DNA of 13,373 nucleotides from a bacterium (GCA_049472355.1 JBLIRP010000095.1:1-13373), one strand, 5' to 3'; positions 1-8,985 are shown, counted from the stretch's first letter. Translations and numbers: made by a program. Notes: generated from the sequence alone by a model not told the origin.

Positions 1-15
1 TCACTCGGGCCGGGA

Positions 16-441
16 TCACCGCACGATGCGGATGGTGGTGGTAATGCCTCCCCGTATCGCCACGTTCAATTGCACCGTTACCCTGGAGGGCTTGACCGCA
101 TTCTCGAAATCTTCGAGGATCTTGTGGGCAAGGTGCTCGTGGAGGATGGGTATGTCCCGGTAGGCGAGGAAATATTCCCTCAGGCTCTTCAGCTCGGGGA
201 CCTTGGCATCGGGGACATAGGTGATGCGGACCGTGTAGAGGTCCTGTATCCCGGTCATGGGGCACACGGCGGTGAGCTCGGGATATTCATAGGTGACTTC
301 CCCCGCCTCCTTGTACAGAAAGTCGAGCGTCCTGATCGGGGGCATTGCCCTTGCCTTCACCTCCTCCTGCTGCCTTCGGATCTCCTCATCATCCATGTCC
401 TCAATCCTCTTTACAAATATTTCTTTTTTCTCTTTCATCAT
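16..441 (-). CDS. queF: PreQ1 synthase / NADPH-dependent 7-cyano-7-deazaguanine reductase, unimodular QueF
   Basis: ELTAVCPMTGIQD (catalytic Cys and Asp), QueF-motif variant ELKSLREYF, HE, C-terminal RGGI. The ORF track starts at 477; ATG at 441 follows GAGGAAG and is the more likely start. Confidence 0.85.
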   Translation of the reverse strand: MMKEKKEIFVKRIEDMDDEEIRRQQEEVKARAMPPIRTLDFLYKEAGEVTYEYPELTAVCPMTGIQDLYTVRITYVPDAKVPELKSLREYFLAYRDIPILHEHLAHKILEDFENAVKPSRVTVQLNVAIRGGITTTIRIVR

Positions 442-581
442 ATGCTCTTCCTCTACGGTTTGATTTTTTCCGCGCATCCCTCATAACTGCTGAATACATC
501 GGGGAGGAGGAAAAGGGATACACATTGTTGAATGCGGACAAGCACCGGGGTCAGCCGGGGCCTTCGGTTCGGCACCCCTGA

Positions 582-1346
582 TCAGGAGCGAAGGGTGCAT
601 CCCGCCTTCTCCAGGATCTCCTTTACCGATACCGACGCCGGGGAGTCCTTGGGAAGGTCGAGGATCGATCTGCCCTCGAAGTTGTATCTTTCAACATCCC
701 TGTCGTATGCGATCGACCCCAGGTAGGTCCCCAGCCCGGTGGGGATGTGTTTCAGCATATCCTCGGTGAATCGATGATTTGCCACCAAAAAAAATTTCTC
801 GTACCTGATGCCGGTTTCCCTGGTGAGCCTATGGACCCGCTCGATGTTGTTCATTGATTTCAGTGAAGGATCCATCATCAGGAACAGGTCATTGATATCG
901 GATGTAACCCGCCTGTTGAGATGTTCGAGACCGGCGGGCGCATCGATCACCACGTTGGCGTAGTTCCCGGCCAGACCCGGGATGATCTCCCGAAGCAGAT
1001 TATTCGGCACACAATAACAGCCCGTGGTCCATTTTATCCCGAGTGAAATGAGGTCGAATTCCCCGGATTCATAGAGGCATTCGCTGTTCACCAGATACCG
1101 TATCTTTTCGGGCAGTGACATGGTGCCGATGTTCTCGTACCCTCTTTTTTTCTGGATATCGAACAGGACCTCAAGCACAGTACGCACCCCTTCCCGTGCA
1201 AGGTCTATCCCCAGCATCTCACCGAGGCTCTGATCAGGGTCGATATCGATAAGCAGCAGAGGGGGTGCCAGGAATCTGACTGAAAGGGCCGCGAAGCTGG
1301 TCTTCCCTGTTCCCCCCCGTCCGGTGGTTACGAGTGTCCTTCCCAT
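582..1346 (-). CDS. CooC/AcsF-family MinD-type ATPase (Ni-insertion / CODH-ACS maturation factor-like)
   Basis: Deviant Walker A GRGGTGKT, IDIDPDQSL, metal-binding GCYC, VIDAPAGLEHLNRR; 254 aa; AAGGAAGGAG upstream. Confidence 0.85.
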   Translation of the reverse strand: MGRTLVTTGRGGTGKTSFAALSVRFLAPPLLLIDIDPDQSLGEMLGIDLAREGVRTVLEVLFDIQKKRGYENIGTMSLPEKIRYLVNSECLYESGEFDLISLGIKWTTGCYCVPNNLLREIIPGLAGNYANVVIDAPAGLEHLNRRVTSDINDLFLMMDPSLKSMNNIERVHRLTRETGIRYEKFFLVANHRFTEDMLKHIPTGLGTYLGSIAYDRDVERYNFEGRSILDLPKDSPASVSVKEILEKAGCTLRS

Positions 1347-1439
1347 TGCGCGTATCGCTCCTTCCTTGTTTGAAATCGTATATGCACGTTATCAACCAAT
1401 TACCTGTTTTCAAGGATCTCCCTTCCTCACGGTGACGGC

Positions 1440-1515
1440 CTGATCACGGCATTATAGCAGACAGCCGTGAACCAGCGGCATATGGAGCCATTATAGTATA
1501 CCGGCGTCCATATGT
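1440..1515 (-). promoter_or_regulatory. Two tandem hairpins, each enclosing a perfect TATAAT on the minus strand; probable promoter region of the cooC-like/queF unit
   Basis: Stem TCACGGC/GCCGTGA (1444-1470) and stem CATATGGA-GCC/GGC-G-TCCATATG (1479-1514). The minus strand reads TGCTATAAT (extended -10) at 1459-1451 and TATAAT at 1495-1490. Confidence 0.45.
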
Positions 1516-1852
1516 CTCCCCTCCGGCACGGCCCAAGGAAATGCCGGGTGCGCACGGACGGCAGGCTATCCGGGCATGAGACAGGCCCCTCCTGTTTAGC
1601 GGGCAATGGAGGGGACGGCTCAGCCAAAAGGACCACAACATGTGGTTATTCCGGCAGGCATTGCATTCCGGTGCCGGAAGTCTTACCATGAAAGGAGAAG
1701 CCGGTCCGGTGCCGGGATCGCCGCTCCCGTGGTCAGTTAATCCATTGCGCCTTGAGGGCAATTATTTACTACCTGCGGTATGAACGATTTTCGCGATTGC
1801 CGGCATAACCGCCGGAAACAAGACGACCATCCTGCTTAAGGAGCCCAGTCAT

Positions 1853-2419
1853 ATGCAGCAAAAAATCTTTATCGACGCCAACACCCTCCTTCTTGATTCC
1901 TTTACCCTGGCACGAAGGATCTACGAAGATGGCTACCGGCCCGATTTCCTTATCGGTATCTGGCGCGGGGGGACCCCTCCCGGGATCGCCATCCACGAAT
2001 TCTTCGTGTACAAGGGATGCAGGCCCGCCTCCCATACCGCAATCAAGGTCGAATCCTACTACGGCATTGAACAGCGAAAGGAGGCCATCGTTGACGGCAT
2101 GGAAAAGGTAACCCCGCGATTACACCCCGACGGCAGGCTCCTCATCGTGGACGATATCTTCGATACCGGAAAGAGCATCGAGGCGGTGAAAAACGTCCTG
2201 GCAGAGACGGTGACCTTTCCCATCCAGGTGAGGGTGGCAACCATTTACTACCGGCCTGACAAGAACGTGACCAGCTTCGCCCCGGACTATTTTCTGAAAA
2301 AGGTGTACTCCTGGGTGGTCTTCCCCCACGAGCTCGAAGGACTTAGCGAAGAGGAGATACGACAGAAGGGTCCGAGGCTCTTCACAATCCTCACGGGAAA
2401 AGGGAATGAAGGGGAATAG
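1853..2419 (+). CDS. Type I phosphoribosyltransferase, probably purine (hypoxanthine/xanthine/guanine) salvage type
   Basis: PRPP-binding loop LLIVDDIFDTGKS, GIWRGG, SY loop, WVVFPHE; RBS AAGGAG at 1838-1843. Confidence 0.85.
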   Translation: MQQKIFIDANTLLLDSFTLARRIYEDGYRPDFLIGIWRGGTPPGIAIHEFFVYKGCRPASHTAIKVESYYGIEQRKEAIVDGMEKVTPRLHPDGRLLIVDDIFDTGKSIEAVKNVLAETVTFPIQVRVATIYYRPDKNVTSFAPDYFLKKVYSWVVFPHELEGLSEEEIRQKGPRLFTILTGKGNEGE

Positions 2420-2424
2420 GCCGA

Positions 2425-5424
2425 TCAGCGCTGGCAGGAGGAGATAAAACAGGTATACCCCTGCGGAAGCCCCACGCTGGTGAAGTCCGTATTCAGATCC
2501 GTTCCGGTGCCTGCCCCGGTCCCTGATGTGGGTGTCGCCGAATTGGGTATCAATCCCTCCTCCGATGGGCTGCTCTCCACCCCGTAGATATTATAGGCGG
2601 CAACCTGGACCTTGTAGGAAACCGTGGGATCGAGCCCCGACAGGAGATAATAGGTGGTGTTCCCCACATCCACCTTCGACAAGGTGGTCTGAGCAATGGG
2701 ATTCGTCCCCTGAGTGCTGCTCTGACTCGAAGAGGATGATGACGAGGACGAGGATGACGACCCTCCTCCTCCCTCCATACCCCCGCCGCCCTCGGTGCGA
2801 TCACTGGATGAGGAGGATGATGAGGAGGAGGAGCTGCTGTTCTGCATGAAACGGGTATCCGCGATCAGGGGGCGCGAGGTCCCGAAGGAAGGGCCATAGT
2901 AAAGATTATACCCGATCGCGTCCGGACTCTGATTCCACTGAACGGTGGCCCCCCGATTCTGGATGGTCACGATCAGGGAGTTGGGCGGGGTGGGGGCCTG
3001 GCTGATCCCCCTCAGGCCGAAGGTCTTCCTTATCAATTCACTATGGGCGCTCCCATATTTCACCTGATCCACGATCTGGACGTTCACCAGGAAATCCAGG
3101 TAGGTGGCGGGCTTGGCCATGCGGGCAAAATGAAAGAGGGTGTCCGCGATCCCGATCCCCTGGTCCCCGTATTCCTTGCGCAACTCCTGCCTGAGGTCCC
3201 ACATGGCCCCCGAGAGGATCAGGCTGCTCTGGTAAAGTTCCTGGCCATAGTTGATCAAGTAGTTGAGGTTATTATCCAGGTTCCTGACGCTGTCGTGATC
3301 GATCCAGAAGCCTCCCTCGGCGATCTTTGAATCGTTGGTGATGGTGCACGCCCAGTAATCGGAGAACGCCTCGTGCATCGCATCGAATTCCGAAAAGCGC
3401 GAGAGCGCGGCGTACCCGCCTGACTCCCCTATCCACTTACTCAGGCTCTCCAGGGTGCCGTAGATACTGTCGGTGATCGCATGGGTGCACTCGTGATAGA
3501 TGATGTCCGCAAAATGGGCGAAATTCCCGTATTCCAGCTTGTCCCCCTCGCCGAAAAAGATCCCTTCCCCGGGCATCCAGAATGAATTGTTGTATTCCTT
3601 GTCATACCGGATGGTAACCGGAATGGGAAAATATTCGGCCGACTCCGACCAGAACTCCGGGTCGATCTCCTGGATATACCGTACCAGGTGATTGGCATGA
3701 TAAAAGACATTTATTTCATCGATGTCACCGAGGGCGTTCACGGTTCCCGCCTTGGTGCCCACGTCGTAGTCGGTAACACGGGTGATATTCATGTTCTGTC
3801 CGGTTGCCCCGGACTTCACACTACTCTTTGTATACACCGCCGATGCACCGTCCTCATTGATGATCTGGAAGTACCGTCCCTCGAGCTTGGAGCCCAGGAT
3901 GTTTTTGGAGGCCTCTCCGGTGATGGAGTAGTAACCCTCATCATCGGCAAAGGCACTGGTACTGGTATACATCCCGATATCGTCGATATTCCACCCGCAA
4001 TAGCTCACGTACCCGTTGGTCGGGCCCATGCCCCATCGAAGAAAGATATTCTGCCGGCCATCGGCCCACTTGGAGACATCATGCAGTATCAGTCGCCACC
4101 CCCCGTCGTAGATATTCTCTTCGGGATTGGTCCAGATCTTCCACCAGGTGGAGGTAGCCCCGTCGGCAATTTCTATGGAGGCGCTGTCCGCCTCGGAGCC
4201 CTCAACCCCGAGCCACCGCCAGAAACGCAGATAGATATCGCCTTTTCCGGCGCAATTGACGGGATTCAGGGTGGTGAGATACTGGGGTGCCCACATGTTG
4301 AGGGGGTAATACCCATTGAGACTGAACCCGTAAAAATTGTTCCCCGTATGGCCCGTCTCCGGTCCCGGTCCCCCTGCACCGACCACGGGATATCCGGTGG
4401 GCCTCCCGTATTCCCATCCATATGCAGCCGTACCGATCCATCCCGGATTGCTGTCGAGTGATTCGTACATCAGGGGCGGATCGTCCCGCAGGCATATGAC
4501 CTTTGCGTAGGGGAGCGGCACGTCCACCGGATTGTCCTGTGAATACCTGGGCAGCACCTGCCCCCGTATCTGCCCGGAAACCAGGAACCTGCCAAGATCC
4601 TCTCTTACCAGGATATGCCCGCTGTCCGCTTGGACGAGGTAGTGCCGTCTTCGGAGTGGCTTCAAAGACCTGAAGGTAAGGTCCCAGGCCCACACATAGT
4701 TCAATTCCTCATCCTCCACGAGAGGATAGAGGACCAGTTCCTTCCCGATGCATTCCATCTCAGGCAAGGGGGAGGGATCACCCATATCCGCCTGTGCGGC
4801 GGCTATCGCCTGCTCCACTCCGGAGACAGGGGGGGCGGGCGCATCCACCCCCGGGAAGTGGCCCATGGTTACGGAGAGGACCTCCAATGCATCCGAGAGG
4901 ATGAAGGAGATGGTGCCCCCGTATACGGGAAGGCCCCTGTATACCTGACCGAATTCCACGAACCACATCCCCCCCCGATGGGTAGATTGTCGATGCCGAA
5001 TCTCATCAATGTCAAGGCCGAACAGGTCCTTATTCTGCCGGATAAAGGCAATGCACCCCTGGGTGACATCAGCCGGGCCGTTGAATCCCCGCGGCGCATC
5101 CAGTTGTATCCCTTGCCCGAGGATACGATACGCCTGCCCGGAATCCGGCCTGCCGAGGACACGGACACGTTCGCCATATCGCGCGAAAAAGCCCTTCCAT
5201 GCCTCGTTCGTATTTTTCAAGGTGTCCGGGGCAAGGGAACGGGCCGACGCAGGGGATGTATTTTCCCCTGCCGTTACGCCCCTTTGACGTGTCCGGGGAG
5301 ACATGAATCCCTGGGTAAGGTTTGGGGAAAGAAGCAACAGGAGGAATACGAAAAGACTGATGAGCACCATGGATTCGCATCGTATCATGGTGCTCGCCGG
5401 TACAAAGGGGCACTGCTTGGTCAT
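2425..5424 (-). CDS. Secreted thermolysin-like (M4/M36-type) zinc metallopeptidase, paralog A, with propeptide, inserted jelly-roll domain, Fn3 and C-terminal CFI motif
   Basis: Hydrophobic signal region (VLISLFVFLLLLLSP; true start may be 5388 or 5370), FTP-like FGQVYRGLPVYGG, PepSY-like YLVQADSGHIL, NSFW, FGEGD, HECTH (3481-3495), third ligand in DAMHEAFSDY, Fn3 (WNQSPDAIGYNLYY...LSGLDPTVSYKVQVAAYN). Confidence 0.85.
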   Translation of the reverse strand: MTKQCPFVPASTMIRCESMVLISLFVFLLLLLSPNLTQGFMSPRTRQRGVTAGENTSPASARSLAPDTLKNTNEAWKGFFARYGERVRVLGRPDSGQAYRILGQGIQLDAPRGFNGPADVTQGCIAFIRQNKDLFGLDIDEIRHRQSTHRGGMWFVEFGQVYRGLPVYGGTISFILSDALEVLSVTMGHFPGVDAPAPPVSGVEQAIAAAQADMGDPSPLPEMECIGKELVLYPLVEDEELNYVWAWDLTFRSLKPLRRRHYLVQADSGHILVREDLGRFLVSGQIRGQVLPRYSQDNPVDVPLPYAKVICLRDDPPLMYESLDSNPGWIGTAAYGWEYGRPTGYPVVGAGGPGPETGHTGNNFYGFSLNGYYPLNMWAPQYLTTLNPVNCAGKGDIYLRFWRWLGVEGSEADSASIEIADGATSTWWKIWTNPEENIYDGGWRLILHDVSKWADGRQNIFLRWGMGPTNGYVSYCGWNIDDIGMYTSTSAFADDEGYYSITGEASKNILGSKLEGRYFQIINEDGASAVYTKSSVKSGATGQNMNITRVTDYDVGTKAGTVNALGDIDEINVFYHANHLVRYIQEIDPEFWSESAEYFPIPVTIRYDKEYNNSFWMPGEGIFFGEGDKLEYGNFAHFADIIYHECTHAITDSIYGTLESLSKWIGESGGYAALSRFSEFDAMHEAFSDYWACTITNDSKIAEGGFWIDHDSVRNLDNNLNYLINYGQELYQSSLILSGAMWDLRQELRKEYGDQGIGIADTLFHFARMAKPATYLDFLVNVQIVDQVKYGSAHSELIRKTFGLRGISQAPTPPNSLIVTIQNRGATVQWNQSPDAIGYNLYYGPSFGTSRPLIADTRFMQNSSSSSSSSSSSSDRTEGGGGMEGGGGSSSSSSSSSSSSQSSTQGTNPIAQTTLSKVDVGNTTYYLLSGLDPTVSYKVQVAAYNIYGVESSPSEEGLIPNSATPTSGTGAGTGTDLNTDFTSVGLPQGYTCFISSCQR
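2715..2839 (-). repeat. Poly-Ser / Gly-rich low-complexity coding tract inside the Fn3 domain of paralog A
   Basis: Encodes S12-DRTEGGGGMEGGGG-S13-QSS with mixed Ser codons. Confidence 0.9.
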
Positions 5425-5435
5425 GTCATCCCTGC

Positions 5436-5463
5436 ATGCTAAAATGGTCCTGTTTCATGTCAA
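5436..5463 (-). promoter_or_regulatory. Possible sigma70-type promoter of paralog A
   Basis: Minus strand TTGACA (5463-5458), 16 nt, TAGCAT (5441-5436); another TATAAT lies at 5542-5537. Confidence 0.35.
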
Positions 5464-5729
5464 GTGTTCGATAACTCCCTTGTCCTATAACTGTTCGTTT
5501 GACCTAACATGCATATACAATACCAGGCAAAGACCGATTATAGTATGCGCAATAATTCATATTATTCAGACTGCATGGGCTTTTTGATGTGAAACAGGGA
5601 GGGGGGGCATGCTCAAAATATGATCTTCGGTGTATGATAATTGACCTTCTGCCTGATACACTCCGGCAAAGACCCTGCGCGATTCCAGCATGGATTTCCG
5701 CAGCCCCCGGCGACCCCCTGCCTACGGAT

Positions 5730-8513
5730 CTAATGAGCAACCGATTCGATAAAGCAAAACACCCTCTTCTCCGATCCCCCGCTTGTCAGTGAAGACACGG
5801 TATAAGGGGTTGCATAGGCGAGTTCCGAAGGATCGCTCTCTGCACGGTAGATATTGTACGAGGTCACCTTCAGCACATAGGTGGTGCCGTTAGTCAGGCC
5901 ATCCAGACGATAGGTCGTATTCAGCCCTGCATCCCTTCGGACGCTCGGGTCCTCCCGGTCGGACACGATATCGTTCTCCGTTCGGAAGTACATGTAATAT
6001 CCGGCCACCTCCTCGCTGTCGGGATTTTCCTTCCATTCCAGATCCACATGGGTGTCACCGGCTACCGCCACCAGGCCGCTCGGTGCAGTAGGCGCCCTGC
6101 TTATGCCGCGGAGGCCGAATATATCCTTGATCACCGATACATGCTCCCCGGTATACGAGATCTCATCCTGAAGGAGCACGTCCACGAGAAAATCGTCAAA
6201 GGTGGTTGCCCCACCGTACCGGGCCAGATGGAAGAGTGAGTCCGCGACCTCACTGCCCAGCAATTCCCGTGTCTCCCACATCGCGCCGGACAGTATGAGG
6301 CTGTTGGCATAGGCGTCGTCACCATAGTCATCCGGGTACTTGAAGGAGTTGTCCAGATTCCTCACATAGGCGTGTCCGATCCAGAAGTCCCCATCCCCCA
6401 CCATGGAATCCCCGTTCAAGGTGCATGCCCAATAATCGGAGAATGCCTCGTGCATGGCGTCAAACTCGGTCACGAACACCGGCCCGGTCTGCTCGCCGTC
6501 GGTGGTCCTTCGTATGGAGGTAAGGGGGGGCATGAACAGGGAGTAGAAGCTGTCGGTGACGGCATGGGCATACTCGTGATAGACGATGTCGGAAAAATGC
6601 ACAAAATTCCTGTACCCATCCACACAGGAATCCCCCTCGCCAAAGCAGATCAGGTGTCGTGGCGACCAGAAGGCGTTCAAGTAGTTATCCCCATAGCGGA
6701 CCACAACCGTGATGGGGCCCTTCTTGTCCATGACATCATAGAGGGGATCGATCCCCTTGACGGTGCGCAAGAGGCGGTCCACGTGATAGAAGGCGTTGAG
6801 CTCGTCAAATGCCTTGACCGTGGTATAGTTCGTATCCCAGTCCACCGCAAAGGGGGTATTGGGATCCGCACCGATCCCTTCAATGGTATAGATGGCGGCG
6901 GAGCCATCCTCGTTCTGCACATCCACATACTCCCCCATCAGGCGGCAGACCAGGGTGTTATCCGGAACCCCTCCGGTGTCTGGAAACTGGAAATACCCGT
7001 TGGGGTCCGTCACCTCCTTGAGACTCTCGTATAGCCCGACGTCATCCACATTCCACCCGCAGAATATCCCCGAGCCATCGGTGGGGCCCATTCCCCAACG
7101 GATGGCCACCGACTTCCCGTCCGCCAGGTCCGAGATGTCGAAAAACTGCAGGTTCCACCCCTTCCATGCATGGAGAAAGGCATCGTACACCCCGTCCTCG
7201 ATCTGGCTGGTCCCGTTCGACCAGATGGCCGTCCAGGTCAGGCCGGCATCACTGGAGACCTCTACGGTGGCCCGGTCGTACGTGGTGCGTGTTTCCTCGT
7301 CGTCCTCCCAGTATTCCCTCTGTACTCCCAGCCAGCGCTGGAATATGAGGGTGACCCCGGTCTTGTTCGTACAGGATATGGCATGGGTGGTGAGATATTT
7401 GGGCCGCATGAGGTTCGTGTAATCCCCGGTCAGATTGTATCCGAACACATTCTGGCCGGTGAAGCCACTGTTTGGATCAGGGCACCCCGCATGACCATAG
7501 AAGTTGATGTCCTGGGGCTCCGGATCGCCGAACTCCCACATCCCCTCACGGGTCCATCCGGGATCCGTATCCAGGTTGCTCTCGTACACGGGTTGATCAA
7601 AATTGAGCAGATGGACATACTGATTGCTGAAGGGGACCCACTGCGGGGGATCATTGAAATACTCCGGCAGCACCAGCCCCCTGACCGTTCCCTGAACCGC
7701 TCGACGGTCAAGGTCATAGGTAAGGATTATCTCACCGGAGTGCGCGTCGATGAAGAACAGCCTGCTTCCCGATGACGCACCTGCCCATACCGGGACCTGC
7801 CAAGCAAGGAGATACTCAACACCCGCATCCGTGGGCACCGGAAGAACAAACAGGCCTATCTCACCGATGTCATCCTGGTGTGCCTCCATTCCAGTAATCT
7901 CCCTGACCATCAGCTCCGCCTCATAGGAACTGAGCGCCGTATGGGGTGAAACCGAAATCCCCGGATAGGTGTCCCCGCAGATCATCAGGAGATTGCCTGC
8001 CTCGTCGAAACGGAACCTTATCCCCCCGCCATAGACAGGGATCCCTTGGTAGTATTGCCTCAGCCGGCAATAGATGATCCCTCCGCGCCGGATGATGTCC
8101 TCTTCGACCAGATCCCCGTCCGATACCTTGAAGCAATCCGATTGGTCACGGATGAGCTGCCGGACAGAGGACCATATCTCCTGGTCGGTCACTGTGCCTG
8201 CCCTCAATCGGATGGCCTGAGAGGGACGTTTTGCATAAAGCCGATGGATCGTACCCCAGTCATTCCACAGACCTACCCATTCCTGACCGGACGCATCCCG
8301 TAATCTCCGTAATCCCTCCCCTGCCCCGCCTTCATGCGAAACTTTAAGGCGATTCGGGGTGAGGTTTCTTCGTGAAAGGTTTATCCGATGCCCTCCCGCA
8401 TCGGGAAGAAAGGCGCGGGCGGGCGTTACAAGCCACATGAATACCACAATCCCTGCAATGCACCCCAACCAACACCGCACACTGTTTTTTCCCGGGTAGG
8501 AACATACTGCCAT
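5730..8513 (-). CDS. Secreted thermolysin-like (M4/M36-type) zinc metallopeptidase, paralog B, same architecture as paralog A
   Basis: Signal peptide ending PARA, LRQYYQGIPVYGG, FFIDAHSGEII, NAFW, FGEGD, HEYAH (6564-6578), DAMHEAFSDYW, Fn3 (LDGLTNGTTYVLKVTSYN), C-terminus FCFIESVAH. Confidence 0.88.
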   Translation of the reverse strand: MAVCSYPGKNSVRCWLGCIAGIVVFMWLVTPARAFLPDAGGHRINLSRRNLTPNRLKVSHEGGAGEGLRRLRDASGQEWVGLWNDWGTIHRLYAKRPSQAIRLRAGTVTDQEIWSSVRQLIRDQSDCFKVSDGDLVEEDIIRRGGIIYCRLRQYYQGIPVYGGGIRFRFDEAGNLLMICGDTYPGISVSPHTALSSYEAELMVREITGMEAHQDDIGEIGLFVLPVPTDAGVEYLLAWQVPVWAGASSGSRLFFIDAHSGEIILTYDLDRRAVQGTVRGLVLPEYFNDPPQWVPFSNQYVHLLNFDQPVYESNLDTDPGWTREGMWEFGDPEPQDINFYGHAGCPDPNSGFTGQNVFGYNLTGDYTNLMRPKYLTTHAISCTNKTGVTLIFQRWLGVQREYWEDDEETRTTYDRATVEVSSDAGLTWTAIWSNGTSQIEDGVYDAFLHAWKGWNLQFFDISDLADGKSVAIRWGMGPTDGSGIFCGWNVDDVGLYESLKEVTDPNGYFQFPDTGGVPDNTLVCRLMGEYVDVQNEDGSAAIYTIEGIGADPNTPFAVDWDTNYTTVKAFDELNAFYHVDRLLRTVKGIDPLYDVMDKKGPITVVVRYGDNYLNAFWSPRHLICFGEGDSCVDGYRNFVHFSDIVYHEYAHAVTDSFYSLFMPPLTSIRRTTDGEQTGPVFVTEFDAMHEAFSDYWACTLNGDSMVGDGDFWIGHAYVRNLDNSFKYPDDYGDDAYANSLILSGAMWETRELLGSEVADSLFHLARYGGATTFDDFLVDVLLQDEISYTGEHVSVIKDIFGLRGISRAPTAPSGLVAVAGDTHVDLEWKENPDSEEVAGYYMYFRTENDIVSDREDPSVRRDAGLNTTYRLDGLTNGTTYVLKVTSYNIYRAESDPSELAYATPYTVSSLTSGGSEKRVFCFIESVAH

Positions 8514-8696
8514 GGTGAAGACATCCTATGTTAGAGATTAACCACTGCGTTCACCGGGACCGGAATGGCCGGATGTGCCGGCGACTCATCCGATCAACAC
8601 GGGATTCCCTGTGCCCGCGGCGAACGCCTACCCCTTCTTCCTACAGTGCATACACGTAGAGCTTCTGTATGTATATCGGCAAAAATGACTCAGCAG

Positions 8697-8785
8697 AACG
8701 GACGGATGCCGTTACCAGTTGAGGTCAAGGGAACGGCGGATATGGTCGGAGATCTGCCTGGTGATCCGGAATGCCTCGGTGGCAG
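8697..8785 (-). repeat. Direct repeat copy R1 (3' end of MetE-like gene)
   Basis: 89 bp, 8 mismatches to 10845-10933 by manual ungapped alignment; minus strand encodes ATEAFRITRQISDHIRRSLDLNW-stop. Confidence 0.95.
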
Positions 8786-8854
8786 ATAGCGAAAAGAGGG
8801 GACAATTTACCAGGGGAGGAGAATCGCTGGAAAGGGAAAATACCCTGAAAAGGC

Positions 8855-8985
8855 CGGATAGGTCATCGGGTCGATGTTTTGGCTACGTGAGGGATTGGGT
8901 TGAGAAGAAGCTGCGGCGGCATCTGATGCGTGCCCGAAAGCGCAAGGGCTTCGGATGGAAAAGGTGGACCAGGTCCTGGCTGTCT
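8855..8985 (+). mobile_element. Short remnant of a group II intron reverse transcriptase/maturase (C-terminal maturase/thumb segment)
   Basis: Translates as (RIGH)/SGRCFGYVRDWVEKKLRRHLMRARKRKGFGWKRWTRSWL, recognisable as the tail of bacterial group II intron-encoded proteins. No YADD and no intron domain V/VI seen. Confidence 0.7.

Noticed and set aside
478..581. PreQ1 riboswitch upstream of queF
   Set aside because: No recognisable preQ1 aptamer on the minus strand. The GC-rich hairpin at about 547-578 pairs better on the plus strand and lacks a U-tract.
1427..1761. Small ORFs in the cooC-PRT intergenic region
   Set aside because: No motifs or convincing RBS; Pro/Arg/Cys-rich composition typical of non-coding GC-rich DNA.
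2526..8303. Long antisense and alternate-frame ORFs over the peptidase genes (e.g. 3688-4461, 4615-5442, 6372-7034, 7170-7775)
   Set aside because: Shadow ORFs expected from GC-rich codon bias; no motifs; fully overlap well-supported genes.
8673..8700. Sigma28-type promoter (GCCGATAT on the minus strand) for paralog B
   Set aside because: The -10-like octamer is present, but there is no TAAA-type -35 at the expected spacing.
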